A stretch of DNA of 54,758 nucleotides, from assembly GCA_964385515.1 (NCBI GenBank), contig CAYLPD010000002.1:1-54758 (forward strand). The letters are read 5' to 3'. Below the pieces are notes generated by a model, which worked only from the letters and a program-made list of their open reading frames with translations, was not told the origin of the DNA and made no database searches. The stretch's first letter is position 1, and each line of letters begins with the position of its first letter. Shown in pieces: positions 11,977-21,524 of the stretch. The position numbers were made by a program, and so were the translations under genes. This DNA comes from an uncultured Bdellovibrionales bacterium (GTDB lineage: Bacteria; Patescibacteriota; Minisyncoccia; Moranbacterales; UBA1568).

Positions 11977-12684
11977 ATGAAAATTCCAGCGGTAACCAAA
12001 AAATACGAAACGATGATTCTCACCACCGCCTTCCTCATCGGCCTCGCGGTGATTTTCGGGACATTCTTCGCGGATTTCGGCCTCGGCGAATCGGGCTACA
12101 ATTTCATCGGCAAGACGAAAAAGATCACACTCTCTCCCGGGGAGCCGGTCACCCAGACGTTCACTGCCCATGACAACGGCTTGTACCAACTCCGGATCGT
12201 TCTTGGTAATACTGATCTCCAGCAGGACGAGTCCATCGCGCTCCGCCTCCTGGACGGCGCCTGCCGAGAAACCATCGCCACCGACTTCCGACGCGAGTCG
12301 CGGAAACAAGGCGCCTACACGGTCTTTTCCTTCCCCGTTCTCTCGGACTCCCGAGACAAACAGTACTGCTTTTCTGCGACGTATGACTCTCCCGAGAACC
12401 GCAAGGGCGACAAACCGTATCTCTCAGCCATCGACGAGCCGGACATTGCCTTTGCCGACCGGACGCTCACCGATAGCGGCAAGGGACGAACCTACCCGAG
12501 TCAGTCCCTCTTTCTCCGTCCGGCCTATACTCAGGGAAATACCCTGGACGATATCTGGGAATTAGAAAACCGGCTCTCGCAATACAAGCCGGCTTTCGTG
12601 AAAGGTTCGATGCTGGCACTCGGCACGTTCAGCGTCCTCTTCAGTCTCGGCTTCTTCCTTTGGGTTGCCCGGAAGTGTGACTAA
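11977..12684 (+). CDS. Hypothetical bitopic membrane protein (TM at both ends)
   Basis: 235-aa ORF. N-terminal TM is ILTTAFLIGLAVIFGTFFADF and C-terminal TM is LALGTFSVLFSLGFFLWV. The middle is soluble. I recognise no motif. Confidence 0.55.
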   Translation: MKIPAVTKKYETMILTTAFLIGLAVIFGTFFADFGLGESGYNFIGKTKKITLSPGEPVTQTFTAHDNGLYQLRIVLGNTDLQQDESIALRLLDGACRETIATDFRRESRKQGAYTVFSFPVLSDSRDKQYCFSATYDSPENRKGDKPYLSAIDEPDIAFADRTLTDSGKGRTYPSQSLFLRPAYTQGNTLDDIWELENRLSQYKPAFVKGSMLALGTFSVLFSLGFFLWVARKCD

Positions 12685-13037
12685 TCATCATCCCTATCTG
12701 CCACATCCAGAAACCAGTTGATGACTCCGACGAGGAGTGATAGGGCGAGGGCTCCGATAATGGCATGAACGAAAGTATCAACCTCGAAGCCTTTAACTAC
12801 TCCACCCAAGAGCCAGAGGAGGAAACCATTGATGACGAGTGTAAAGAGACCAAAGGTCAGGAGATTGATCGGGAGCGTCAGGAGCAATAGTATTGGCTTT
12901 ACGGTGAACCCGATCAGCCCCCAGAGGAATGACAAGATGAGAGCAACTTTCCAGCCCGCAATACTAATACCCGGCAGATAGTGTGCTACTACCCAAAATG
13001 CGCCTGCAGAGAGCGCCCAACGGAGAATAAGTTTCAT
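12681..13037 (-). CDS. Small membrane protein of the phage-holin-4_2 / YvlD (DUF360) type
   Basis: 118 aa with four hydrophobic segments. WVVAHYLPGISIAGW...LLTLPINLLTFGLFTLVINGFLLWL matches my recollection of that family. Confidence 0.6.
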   Translation of the reverse strand: MKLILRWALSAGAFWVVAHYLPGISIAGWKVALILSFLWGLIGFTVKPILLLLTLPINLLTFGLFTLVINGFLLWLLGGVVKGFEVDTFVHAIIGALALSLLVGVINWFLDVADRDDD

Positions 13038-13185
13038 AAATGCAAAACTATTAGGAATTAGTTTTATTACTCAGCAACGATCCTGATCCCAAATCCCAAT
13101 ATCCACAATTCCATTCTACACCCAAATCAGCCGCCCCGATACTATACAGACTTCATTTACCACAGACTTCCCTTCGCCCATCTTC

Positions 13186-14601
13186 TCAGTTCTTACGGCG
13201 ACGAATGAGAGCTCCTGCGGTCTTTAGGCAAATTACGATATCAACCCAGAGTGACCAGTTTTCAATATAGAAAACATCGAGTCGAAATTCGTCTTCAAAT
13301 TCAAGATCAGAACGTCCCGACACCTGAGCCATACCGGTGATCCCAGGTTTAATGGTGAGCAATCGACGGTGATACTCACTGTATTTTTCCACTTCGCGCT
13401 TCTGATGGGGCCGCGGACCCACTAGACTCATTTCTCCGCGAAGTACATTGAAAAACTGCGGCAACTCATCAAGCGAGTACCGTTCAATGAAAGCACCTAC
13501 CCGAGTTTTCCGCGGATCGTCCTTAATCTTGTACAGTGGCCCATGTCTCAAGCTTCGCTCCGCGATGAGTTGCTTTTCATATTCAACAGCCGCTTCAAAA
13601 TTTGGATTCTTTTTATTAATACACCACTTCCACTGCATGTAACGGAATTTGAACACTGGGATCTTCTGTCCATCCTCCCCGATACGCTCGTTGGTGTAAA
13701 TGATTGGACCATCTGGATCCTCAAGCTTTGTGAGTATTGCAATCACAAGCATGATAGGAGAAAAAAGGATGGTCAGGACTGCTCCCCCGACAATATCAAA
13801 TGCGCGTTTTAACACCTTGCCCCAACCATCAAGCGGGGTGTGTTGGAATTCAATAATCGGCTCACCATTAAAAATGCTCATTGTAAATCGTGACGTTTCT
13901 CGGGTAGTCGGGAGATACTTGAGCGTAATGTTGTTAATCTGGCAGTAATCAAGAAGCTTTTCCTGCTCATCATCGGTCAGAGATGGATCACAAACCATAA
14001 TCTCATCGATACCATGTGCTTCACGGATATCCTTGATCGCATGAAGTGAAATGGCCTCAACCTGTCCGACAGTCACATAGCCGAGTTCCGGACGAGCGGA
14101 AAAGAGCGACTTGAGTTGTTCGATCTTGCCGTTTGTCCCGACCAGGAGAATGCGATGGACACCAACCCCCTTCTTCACGAGGTAGTATTTCTGTATGCGT
14201 TGGATGATATAGCGAGCGAACGTCACATAGAACACCATGAATGACCACGCGGCAAGAATAATGAAGCGAGAAGAAAACCATTCCCGCTTGAGGAAAATCG
14301 TGACGATAACCAGTACCAGTACAAGCGATGTTGCCCGAAACACCTTGAATGCCTCAGAGAGCGGACTGCGAGTCGCACGCATGGTGTACAACCCCTCGAT
14401 TGCATACACGATAAGAAAAAGTGGTGCAATAATGAGCACAACTTGAAGAAAGTCGACGAAATCAACATTGTACAGCTTTGGTCGAAGTGCGAGAATCTGC
14501 GGAACATCGCGGACAGCGTACGCTGAAAGCGCCGCGAGGACAATCATAAGAAAGTCAACCGGAAGCTGAATGGCGCTGAAGTAAATTTCTGAACGCTTCA
14601 T
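13186..14601 (-). CDS. Polyprenyl-phosphate hexose-1-phosphate transferase (WbaP/bacterial sugar transferase family), priming enzyme
   Basis: N-terminal TM bundle, central domain and C-terminal catalytic domain with LDELPQFFNVLRGEMSLVGPRP and GITGMAQVSGR. Confidence 0.85.
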   Translation of the reverse strand: MKRSEIYFSAIQLPVDFLMIVLAALSAYAVRDVPQILALRPKLYNVDFVDFLQVVLIIAPLFLIVYAIEGLYTMRATRSPLSEAFKVFRATSLVLVLVIVTIFLKREWFSSRFIILAAWSFMVFYVTFARYIIQRIQKYYLVKKGVGVHRILLVGTNGKIEQLKSLFSARPELGYVTVGQVEAISLHAIKDIREAHGIDEIMVCDPSLTDDEQEKLLDYCQINNITLKYLPTTRETSRFTMSIFNGEPIIEFQHTPLDGWGKVLKRAFDIVGGAVLTILFSPIMLVIAILTKLEDPDGPIIYTNERIGEDGQKIPVFKFRYMQWKWCINKKNPNFEAAVEYEKQLIAERSLRHGPLYKIKDDPRKTRVGAFIERYSLDELPQFFNVLRGEMSLVGPRPHQKREVEKYSEYHRRLLTIKPGITGMAQVSGRSDLEFEDEFRLDVFYIENWSLWVDIVICLKTAGALIRRRKN

Positions 14602-14678
14602 CCCTTTAGAAACAATAGTTACCTTTACGTTTTCCTATCATACACAACGCACTTTCCGCTTCTATTGAGACAACTCTC

Positions 14679-15084
14679 CTTCACAAAACAGATCGATAAG
14701 CCGGATTCTGTACCGCCGAGGCGGCGACTATCATTTCTCTTATCCCAAAGTTACCCCTGGGATCTTTGCGGTTCTTCCATCCCTTCCTGAGCTCCAGGAA
14801 GACATAAGACGCGACCTTGCATCGAGGTAAGGATTTTGCCGTTTCACTTCTGTCTCACAACAGAATTATTCCCGAGGGAATCCGCCACCTTTCGGCTTTG
14901 GCGTCACTGCTCGCACCTCTCTGGTCACCCAGGGTGGGTATTACCCACTACCTGCTGCCCGTCCTTCTGGGCGCAAAGGTTTCATGCACCTTTTCCAGCC
15001 AAAAGGACGGGCCGATGTCCGGACTTTCCTCACCGCTCCATTTTTGATGGGGCAAGCGCGATAGTCTGATCTGTTTTGTGAATG
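14679..15084 (-). ncRNA. rnpB: RNase P RNA, bacterial type
   Basis: On the minus strand, the P4 5' strand GAGGAAAGUCCGGAC lies at 15017-15031. The P4 3' strand ACAGAAUCCGGCUUAUC lies at 14695-14711. GGUAAUACCCACC resembles the conserved GGUAAGAGCGCACC region. A P1 helix forms between UUCACAAAACAGAUC (15068-15082) and GAUCUGUUUUGUGA (14681-14694). Ends are approximate. Confidence 0.9.
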
Positions 15085-15101
15085 AGCATCGTACCATGTA
15101 T

Positions 15102-15130
15102 ATTGAAGCACACTTAATATGCTTTGTCAA
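15102..15130 (-). promoter_or_regulatory. Candidate sigma70-type promoter for rnpB
   Basis: On the minus strand, TTGACA (15125-15130), a 17-nt spacer, then TTCAAT (15102-15107). It sits about 20 nt upstream of the P1 5' strand. Confidence 0.45.
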
Positions 15131-15172
15131 TATATTCAGGCCAGAAAAAAGCAGTTGAGGAAAGTCTTGCCT

Positions 15173-17542
15173 CTACATTTTGAGCCGGAATCCAAGACGT
15201 TCTTTGGCCGCTTCAACAATCTGTCCAAACACCCGATCAATCTCTTCGCCCGAAAGTGTCCGATCCGTCGATCCAAACGAGAGGTGTAGTGCGAAACTCT
15301 TCTCTGTCTCCGTTTCAAAAACATCGAAGAGTTCATGAGCAACAAGGAGCGGCTTCCCTGCCTCAGAGAGACGCATCTCGATATCCTTGTATGCTACCGT
15401 CTTCGGTCCAATGAGCGAGATATCGCGACGCGCAAACGGAAAGCGAGAGAAGTCTTGGTAGGACATCTCTTCTCTGGCACGATTTGAAAGAGTTGAAACC
15501 GAAAGCTCGGCAAAATAAGCTTTTGTTCCACTCCCCAGACGACGCGACAACTCATGATTGATCTCACCAACATAGCCAAGCGAAGACCCGTCAGCCGTTG
15601 TAAGATGTGCAACTCGACCAGACTGAAACGCCGGAGGTGAACCAGCCACGGTCTCATTCCACATGACCGTTGTTCTGACTGATCCAAACAGCGCCTCAAG
15701 TCGTGCCTTGAAACGTAAAAAAGTAATCACATCGGATTGCTCAGCCGGACCAAACATGACAAGCCCGACTCTCTTCTCCTCGTGCGGTCCAGTTTTCTCA
15801 TTGCGATGAACACTCCCAAATTCAAACAAGCTGAAATGGGTAAAGTATTTGGCATTGGTTGCGAGTACCCGATACAGGCCCGGGAACAGACTGGAACGAA
15901 GAAGGGCCTGATCCGGATTCATCGGATTGGCGATTGTCAGATGATCCGCTTTCGGAAGATCAACTTGAGACAAACTTTTTTCTCCATAAAAAGAGTACGT
16001 CATCACTTCATCAAAACCCATAGCCGCCAACATCGATTTCAGGGATCGCTCGAATACTTTTTCAACATCTCGAACTGGTGGCGCAGCAGGAAGCAAGAGA
16101 GGCTTCGGAACAATGTGGTGATATCCTGAGAGACGACCAATCTCTTCGATGAGGTCCTCTGGCTCGCGGAGGTCCGAGCGACGCACGGGCACGATTACTC
16201 TGAGTGCGGGTCGATTCGGAACTTTTTTCACTGCCAGACCAAGCCAGGAGCAGTATTGCACAACCTGAAAAAGCGGAATCTTCGTTCCCAGAAGACTTTC
16301 GAGCTTCGCTTGCTCAAGGATAATGATTGTCGGCTTTTCCATCTTGCTCGAGACATCACGGACGACTAACCCTTGCCCGATACCCCAATCATCAACATAG
16401 CGAGCGAGGAGCGTCGCCACCTCACCAGGACGTTCACTGTCGATGCCGCGCTCGAAGCGGTATGCTGCGTCCGTCAGTAACCGGTGACGTTTTTCGGTTC
16501 TGCGAATACTTTTGGCATCAAAACTTGCAATCTCAAACACAATACGCTTTGTTTTGTCTGTAATGCCCGAATGTTTACCGCCCATTACGCCAGCGAGCGC
16601 AAGTGGTTTTTTCGTGTCGGCGATGATGATATCGTCTTTGGAGAGCGCGATCGCCGTTCCATCAAGGAGTATGAGACGTTCGCGCGGTTTTGCGAGACGA
16701 ACAACAATACCACCCGCCGGAATCGCATCCGCGTCAAAGGCATGCACCGGCTGTCCAGTCTCGAGCATGAGATAATTTGTGAGATCGACAAACACATTCA
16801 CTGGACGCAAACCTGAAACAACCAAACGCACCTGAACAGCGAGCGGACTTGATTGCATGACAACCCGATCAAGAAAAAGGGCGAGGTAGCGATTCGAGCG
16901 GTCAGTCTTGATCGAGACCTTTGGTACTCTTGTACCCCTGCGAAGACGCGTTGGCTTTTTCACAGCTGACAGGAATGACGCAACGCCGCCTTCAAGCGCC
17001 GCAATCTCGCGTGCTAGCCCCTGGTACGAGAGTGCATCCGAGCTTCGATCAGGCAATATCTTCACATCAAGTACGGTATCTTCGAGACCAGCATAACGGA
17101 CGAAGTCACGGCCGATCGGAGCATCTTCTGAAAGCACAAGAATACCTGTATGATCTTGCCCCAGCCCAAGTTCCTTCGCTGAACAAATCATGCCCGAAGA
17201 CTTCACACCACGAAGCTGGGCTTCCTTGATTTCGATCCCACCAGGAAGATGCGCACCCGGGATTGCTACAACAACCTTCTGACCGGCGGCAAGATTGGGC
17301 GCGCCACAGACAATTTTCCGAATATCTTTCTTACCAATCGTTACAGTTGCGATTCGGAGTCGATCGGCGTCTGGATGCTGTTCAACCAGAATAACTTTCC
17401 CGATAACGACTGAGGAGAGTCCGTGTGCATACGGCTTGACAGATTCCACCTCAAACGAGTGAATCATGAGCATCTCCGCCAAACGTTCAGGCGATTTTTT
17501 TGTACCGGAGAGTTCTTTGAGCCAGTGGTAGCTAAACATCAT
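15173..17542 (-). CDS. pheT: Phenylalanine--tRNA ligase beta subunit
   Basis: 789 aa. The N-terminal tRNA-binding domain is VVIGKVILVEQHPDADRLRIATV. B3/4, B5 and C-terminal anticodon-binding-like regions are present. It lies directly downstream of pheS. Confidence 0.95.
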   Translation of the reverse strand: MMFSYHWLKELSGTKKSPERLAEMLMIHSFEVESVKPYAHGLSSVVIGKVILVEQHPDADRLRIATVTIGKKDIRKIVCGAPNLAAGQKVVVAIPGAHLPGGIEIKEAQLRGVKSSGMICSAKELGLGQDHTGILVLSEDAPIGRDFVRYAGLEDTVLDVKILPDRSSDALSYQGLAREIAALEGGVASFLSAVKKPTRLRRGTRVPKVSIKTDRSNRYLALFLDRVVMQSSPLAVQVRLVVSGLRPVNVFVDLTNYLMLETGQPVHAFDADAIPAGGIVVRLAKPRERLILLDGTAIALSKDDIIIADTKKPLALAGVMGGKHSGITDKTKRIVFEIASFDAKSIRRTEKRHRLLTDAAYRFERGIDSERPGEVATLLARYVDDWGIGQGLVVRDVSSKMEKPTIIILEQAKLESLLGTKIPLFQVVQYCSWLGLAVKKVPNRPALRVIVPVRRSDLREPEDLIEEIGRLSGYHHIVPKPLLLPAAPPVRDVEKVFERSLKSMLAAMGFDEVMTYSFYGEKSLSQVDLPKADHLTIANPMNPDQALLRSSLFPGLYRVLATNAKYFTHFSLFEFGSVHRNEKTGPHEEKRVGLVMFGPAEQSDVITFLRFKARLEALFGSVRTTVMWNETVAGSPPAFQSGRVAHLTTADGSSLGYVGEINHELSRRLGSGTKAYFAELSVSTLSNRAREEMSYQDFSRFPFARRDISLIGPKTVAYKDIEMRLSEAGKPLLVAHELFDVFETETEKSFALHLSFGSTDRTLSGEEIDRVFGQIVEAAKERLGFRLKM

Positions 17543-17545
17543 ACG

Positions 17546-18577
17546 CTAGAATTGCCGGATAAAGCGGAGATCACCCGACATGAGCAGTCGGATATCGGAA
17601 ATCTTGTATTTCATCATAGCGAGACGAGTCAGACCGAAGCCCCAAGCAAAGCCTTGATACTGGTAACGTTTGTAACCAGCTGCCTCGAAGACATTTTGAT
17701 GCACCATACCAGCCCCACCGATCTCGAGCCAACCCGTCCCCTTGCAGACTGAGCAGCCCTTACCACTGCACAACTGACAGCTGATATCAAACTCGAAGGA
17801 TGGTTCGGTGAAAGGAAAAAAGCTAGGACGGAGCCGAACACTCGTCGCTGTCTTGAAAAACGCGGTGAAGAACGTCTCTGCAACTGACTTGAAGTTTGCT
17901 ACTGACACGTCACTGCCAACAACGAGACACTCGAACTGATGAAAGGTATGCTCATGTGAGGCGTCAGTTGCTTCGTTCCGAAAAATCCGGCCCGGGATAA
18001 TAATCTGAAAAGGCGGCTTGTGCTGTTCCATATAACGAACCTGGACAGACGAGGTATGCGTACGCGGAAGATACTTCTTCTTCCCCCAGGTTTCCCCAAG
18101 CCAGAATGCATCCTGCATATCGCGCGCCGGATGATCCGGTGGAAAGTTGAGCGCATCGAAATTGTACCATTCACTCTCAACCTCTGGACCATCGATAACT
18201 GCAAAACCCATCGAAACAAAGATATCCTCAATCTCGTGCTCGATACGTGTAATCGGATGCAGATGCCCTACCCCATTCCCGACGCCCGGCAGCGTCACGT
18301 CGATCACGCCGGTGACGGACTGACTCGCTACCGCCGTGATGCGCGACTGAGCCGCTTCGGCAGCCTGGATGAGCTGCTGTTTGATAGCATTCCCGGTCGA
18401 ACCGACCGTCTTCCGCTCTTCGGGTGACAGCTCTTTCACCCCCCGGAGGAGCGTGTTGAACTCGCTTTTCCGGCCGAGATAAGTATTTTCCCAGGCGCGG
18501 AACCCCACTTCGTCCATTGTTTGGGCAAGCGCAGCGAGGGCTTCTTCTTTGATGGCTTCCAGTCGATCAAGTGTCAT
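17546..18577 (-). CDS. pheS: Phenylalanine--tRNA ligase alpha subunit
   Basis: 343 aa. Class II motifs are present: HPARDMQDAFW, RTHTSSVQVR, FRNEATDASHEHTFHQFE, FPFTEPSFEFD and GAGMVHQNV. Confidence 0.95.
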   Translation of the reverse strand: MTLDRLEAIKEEALAALAQTMDEVGFRAWENTYLGRKSEFNTLLRGVKELSPEERKTVGSTGNAIKQQLIQAAEAAQSRITAVASQSVTGVIDVTLPGVGNGVGHLHPITRIEHEIEDIFVSMGFAVIDGPEVESEWYNFDALNFPPDHPARDMQDAFWLGETWGKKKYLPRTHTSSVQVRYMEQHKPPFQIIIPGRIFRNEATDASHEHTFHQFECLVVGSDVSVANFKSVAETFFTAFFKTATSVRLRPSFFPFTEPSFEFDISCQLCSGKGCSVCKGTGWLEIGGAGMVHQNVFEAAGYKRYQYQGFAWGFGLTRLAMMKYKISDIRLLMSGDLRFIRQF

Positions 18578-18633
18578 GTGGTCATTCTATCGTTTGCTCT
18601 CCTATCGGTCAAAAAATCACCCTTCCTACATGA

Positions 18634-19845
18634 CTAGTGAGAAAATGTCAATTTCACAAATCCCTTCTTTCCAACCCTCATCATCTTTCCCTCATGTGAC
18701 TGTTTGTCAAAATGAATGCTATGAGGCGAGACCTTTATTCCATCAATTTGCACACCGCCCTGCTCGATCTTTCGCAGCGCATCACTTTTACTTGTCGCTA
18801 GATTCATTCTGACAACAACATCAATAATAGTTTCAGACTGACTATTTACTAAGGTAGCTGGAATATCTGGATCGACTCCCTTTGAAAAGGTTTCAATAAA
18901 GTACTGTTCGGCTGCACCGCCCGCTTCCACGCCGTGATACAGCGTCACGATCTCTTTGGCCAGCCGGAGCTTGGCATCACGCGGATTGACAGCTTGCATA
19001 ATACTCTTAATTTCGGAGAGCGCTAGGAGCGTGCAATGTGTCAGCAAAATTTCGATCATCTCATCAGGCTGGGCCATGACCTGACCAAACATCTCATTTG
19101 CACTCGTATCGAGAAAAACGCCCGTACCTTTACTTTTAGACATGAGATCACCTGTCTTAGGATTCTCCATCAGTGTTACTGCTACGACAAACTTGTCCTT
19201 ATTTTTTAGCTTCTTTAAAAGTGTCCGACCAGTTAGGGCATTGAAAATCTGATCCGTGCCACAGAGTTCAGCATCAACCTCCATCGCCACACTGTCATAC
19301 CCCTGCATTAGGGGATAGAGAAATTCATGGAGATGCACCGGCTCGCCAGCTGCAATTCTTTTTTCAAACATGTCTCGCTCCAGCATTTGCTGAACAGTAA
19401 GATTGGCAGCCAGCTCAATCACATCTTCAAAGGTCAATTTGGAAAGCCAGTCGTTATTGTATTTGACGATAGGTGGATTATCCACGGCATCAAAATCCAT
19501 CAACGGACGGATCAGCTGCTTCCATGCTTCGACATTCTTTAACACTTCTTCGCGGGAGAGCTGTTTGCGTGCTGATTTTTCTCCGGTTGGATCACCGATA
19601 CGAGCAGTAAAGTCTCCAAAGAGGACAATGACCTCATGTCCGAGCTTCCGGAACTTTTCCAAGAGCATGATGTTCTTGGCGTGACTCAAGTGGAGAGTCG
19701 GTGCCGTCGCGTCAAAGCCAATATAAAAACGAAGCTTCTCATTCCCTAAAAGATGGGCTCTGAAGATATCTTTATCAGGAAGAACCGAAACGATTGTTCC
19801 TCGTTCAAAAATTTCATCTACTTGTTGTTCACGTGAAAGTTCCAT
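18634..19845 (-). CDS. tyrS: Tyrosine--tRNA ligase
   Basis: HIGH-like TLHLSHAKN, KMSKS-like LMSKSKG, and a C-terminal S4-like domain (ALRKIEQGGVQIDGIKV). I chose ATG 19845 (MELSREQQ...) rather than track start 19947, which would overlap the upstream NUDIX gene by 92 nt. Confidence 0.9.
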   Translation of the reverse strand: MELSREQQVDEIFERGTIVSVLPDKDIFRAHLLGNEKLRFYIGFDATAPTLHLSHAKNIMLLEKFRKLGHEVIVLFGDFTARIGDPTGEKSARKQLSREEVLKNVEAWKQLIRPLMDFDAVDNPPIVKYNNDWLSKLTFEDVIELAANLTVQQMLERDMFEKRIAAGEPVHLHEFLYPLMQGYDSVAMEVDAELCGTDQIFNALTGRTLLKKLKNKDKFVVAVTLMENPKTGDLMSKSKGTGVFLDTSANEMFGQVMAQPDEMIEILLTHCTLLALSEIKSIMQAVNPRDAKLRLAKEIVTLYHGVEAGGAAEQYFIETFSKGVDPDIPATLVNSQSETIIDVVVRMNLATSKSDALRKIEQGGVQIDGIKVSPHSIHFDKQSHEGKMMRVGKKGFVKLTFSH

Positions 19846-19855
19846 ATTCTTAATA

Positions 19856-20296
19856 TTACCACCCTTCTTCCCCATACCAGACTCCGGTCTGAATGTCACC
19901 AAGTCTTTCTCGGACATAGGGAATAGCATCCTCTGGTAAGACATCAAGCGGAAACCACTCTAAAGCACTACATTTTTCTGGCTCTTTATTTTGAATTTCC
20001 CCCACCCACTTCTCGGCAAGAAAAAACGCATTTACTCGTTCTGACTTATCCTCTGCTTTTCGGTGGTTGATATGAGCCAGACGCAAGTCCGCAATCGTCA
20101 ATTCAATACCGAGTTCTTCTTTCATTTCCCGGATAAGAGTCTGTGTGAAATTTTCACCTGCCTCAACGTGCCCCGCAGGGAGACTCCACTGCCCATCGCA
20201 GTAGCCGCTATTTTGACGTTTAACTAGAAGTACTTTGCCGTCTTTCTTAAGTACCAAGTACGAAGCCAAAATATTAGTTGGGAGATGTTTTCCCAT
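19856..20296 (-). CDS. NUDIX hydrolase
   Basis: The Nudix box is GHVEAGENFTQTLIREMKEELGI. Length is 146 aa. Confidence 0.85.
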   Translation of the reverse strand: MGKHLPTNILASYLVLKKDGKVLLVKRQNSGYCDGQWSLPAGHVEAGENFTQTLIREMKEELGIELTIADLRLAHINHRKAEDKSERVNAFFLAEKWVGEIQNKEPEKCSALEWFPLDVLPEDAIPYVRERLGDIQTGVWYGEEGW

Positions 20297-20301
20297 ACAG
20301 T

Positions 20302-20601
20302 CTAGAGTCCGAGTTTGCGTTTCGCGAGCCGGTACTGATCGTCCGACATTTGTCCCGCTTTCTTCATCGCGTCGAGCTGCGCGAGAATCTCGCCCTTATG
20401 CTTTTCGATGTTCTTTGGTGTCATTGCCTTCTGCATGACTTTCTGACGCTCTTCGGGTGACATCTTCAGGACACGCTTCATCGCGAAACGCTGAAACATG
20501 TTCATATCCTTGGCACCCGGCATCGCCTCCAACTGCGCCTCCAGTTTCTGTTGCTCCTCAAGGGCTTTCGTATCTTTTTTCTTAAACGGATTCAGTTGCA
20601 T
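20302..20601 (-). CDS. Hypothetical small Met/Lys-rich helical protein
   Basis: 99-aa ORF starting 4 nt after the secF stop. I count 10 Met. There is no hydrophobic segment and I recognise no family. Confidence 0.5.
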   Translation of the reverse strand: MQLNPFKKKDTKALEEQQKLEAQLEAMPGAKDMNMFQRFAMKRVLKMSPEERQKVMQKAMTPKNIEKHKGEILAQLDAMKKAGQMSDDQYRLAKRKLGL

Positions 20602-20605
20602 AGTT

Positions 20606-21520
20606 TTATACCTTAGTTTTACCTGAGAACTTCATCTTGAACCGAGAAACCAGAAGGGCTGAGGCAACAAAAATCGACGAGTACGTGCCGAATCCGACGC
20701 CCACCAGGAGTGCAACTGCGAACCAACGCACGCTCTCGCCGCCCCAAATTGCAACGGCGATGAGGACGATGATGACCGTAAGTGAGGTATTCACCGAACG
20801 GACGAGTGTCTCATTGAGTGAGCGATTCACGATCTGTTCAAAATCAGTCCCAGTCCGAGAACGCAGGAGATTCTCACGCACCCGGTCGTAGACAACGATC
20901 GTGTCATTCACCGAATAGCCAAGAATGGTGAGAAGCGCTGCAATAAAAGGCACGCCAACTTCGACACCATAAAAATGTCCGAGGAGACTAAAAACTCCGA
21001 TAGTAATAACGATGTCATGAGCGAGCGCAATGATGGCCCCCGCACCGTATTCCCAGCTCGTCACAGGATAGGCGACGCGCCGAAACGCCCAGGCGATGTA
21101 GAGCGCAATACCGAGGAGGGCAAGCAATGTCCCGGTAAAGGCCTGTTTCTGCATCTGACTTGAAACTGACGCACCGATGAAATCAACGCGCAATTGTTCA
21201 ACCTGAGGATCAAGATTCTTCAATGCAGCCAGTACTTGTCCGTTTGTCGTCTCATCGGATGCAAGATAGCGAACAAACATTCCCCGCTCACCCGTAGGCT
21301 GGAGGGTTAAACTCTGTAAGTCGATCTCTCCCAACTTCTCCCGAACCGTGTCAATGGTCGGCACCAATGAATCAGAAAAACGAACTTCCATGAGCGTCCC
21401 GCCTTTGAAATCAATACCGAGGCGGAGACCGTAGAAAATGATACACCCTATTGCAGCCCCCGTCAGCAAGATCGAAAAGGCGTATGCATACTTCCGTTTC
21501 TGAATGATATTGAGTTGCAT
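20606..21520 (-). CDS. secF: Protein translocase subunit SecF
   Basis: 304 aa. GIDFKGGTLMEV is followed by six TM helices with IALAHDIVITIGVFSL and GYSVNDTIVVYDRVREN. It starts 4 nt after the secD stop. Confidence 0.95.
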   Translation of the reverse strand: MQLNIIQKRKYAYAFSILLTGAAIGCIIFYGLRLGIDFKGGTLMEVRFSDSLVPTIDTVREKLGEIDLQSLTLQPTGERGMFVRYLASDETTNGQVLAALKNLDPQVEQLRVDFIGASVSSQMQKQAFTGTLLALLGIALYIAWAFRRVAYPVTSWEYGAGAIIALAHDIVITIGVFSLLGHFYGVEVGVPFIAALLTILGYSVNDTIVVYDRVRENLLRSRTGTDFEQIVNRSLNETLVRSVNTSLTVIIVLIAVAIWGGESVRWFAVALLVGVGFGTYSSIFVASALLVSRFKMKFSGKTKV

Positions 21521-21524
21521 AGAA

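Noticed and set aside
12681-13037. A holin-family gene as a sign of a prophage.
   Set aside because: There are no lysin, capsid, tail, integrase or repeat boundaries nearby. This family (YvlD/DUF360) is widespread as a chromosomal membrane protein.
14817-15130. Track ORFs of 60-77 aa in the pheT-wbaP gap.
   Set aside because: The region is fully explained by RNase P RNA on the minus strand. The ORFs have no SD and odd composition.
18634-19947. The longer N-terminus of tyrS from the ORF track.
   Set aside because: It would overlap the upstream NUDIX gene by 92 nt. ATG 19845 lies 10 nt after that gene's stop and gives a normal TyrS N-terminus.
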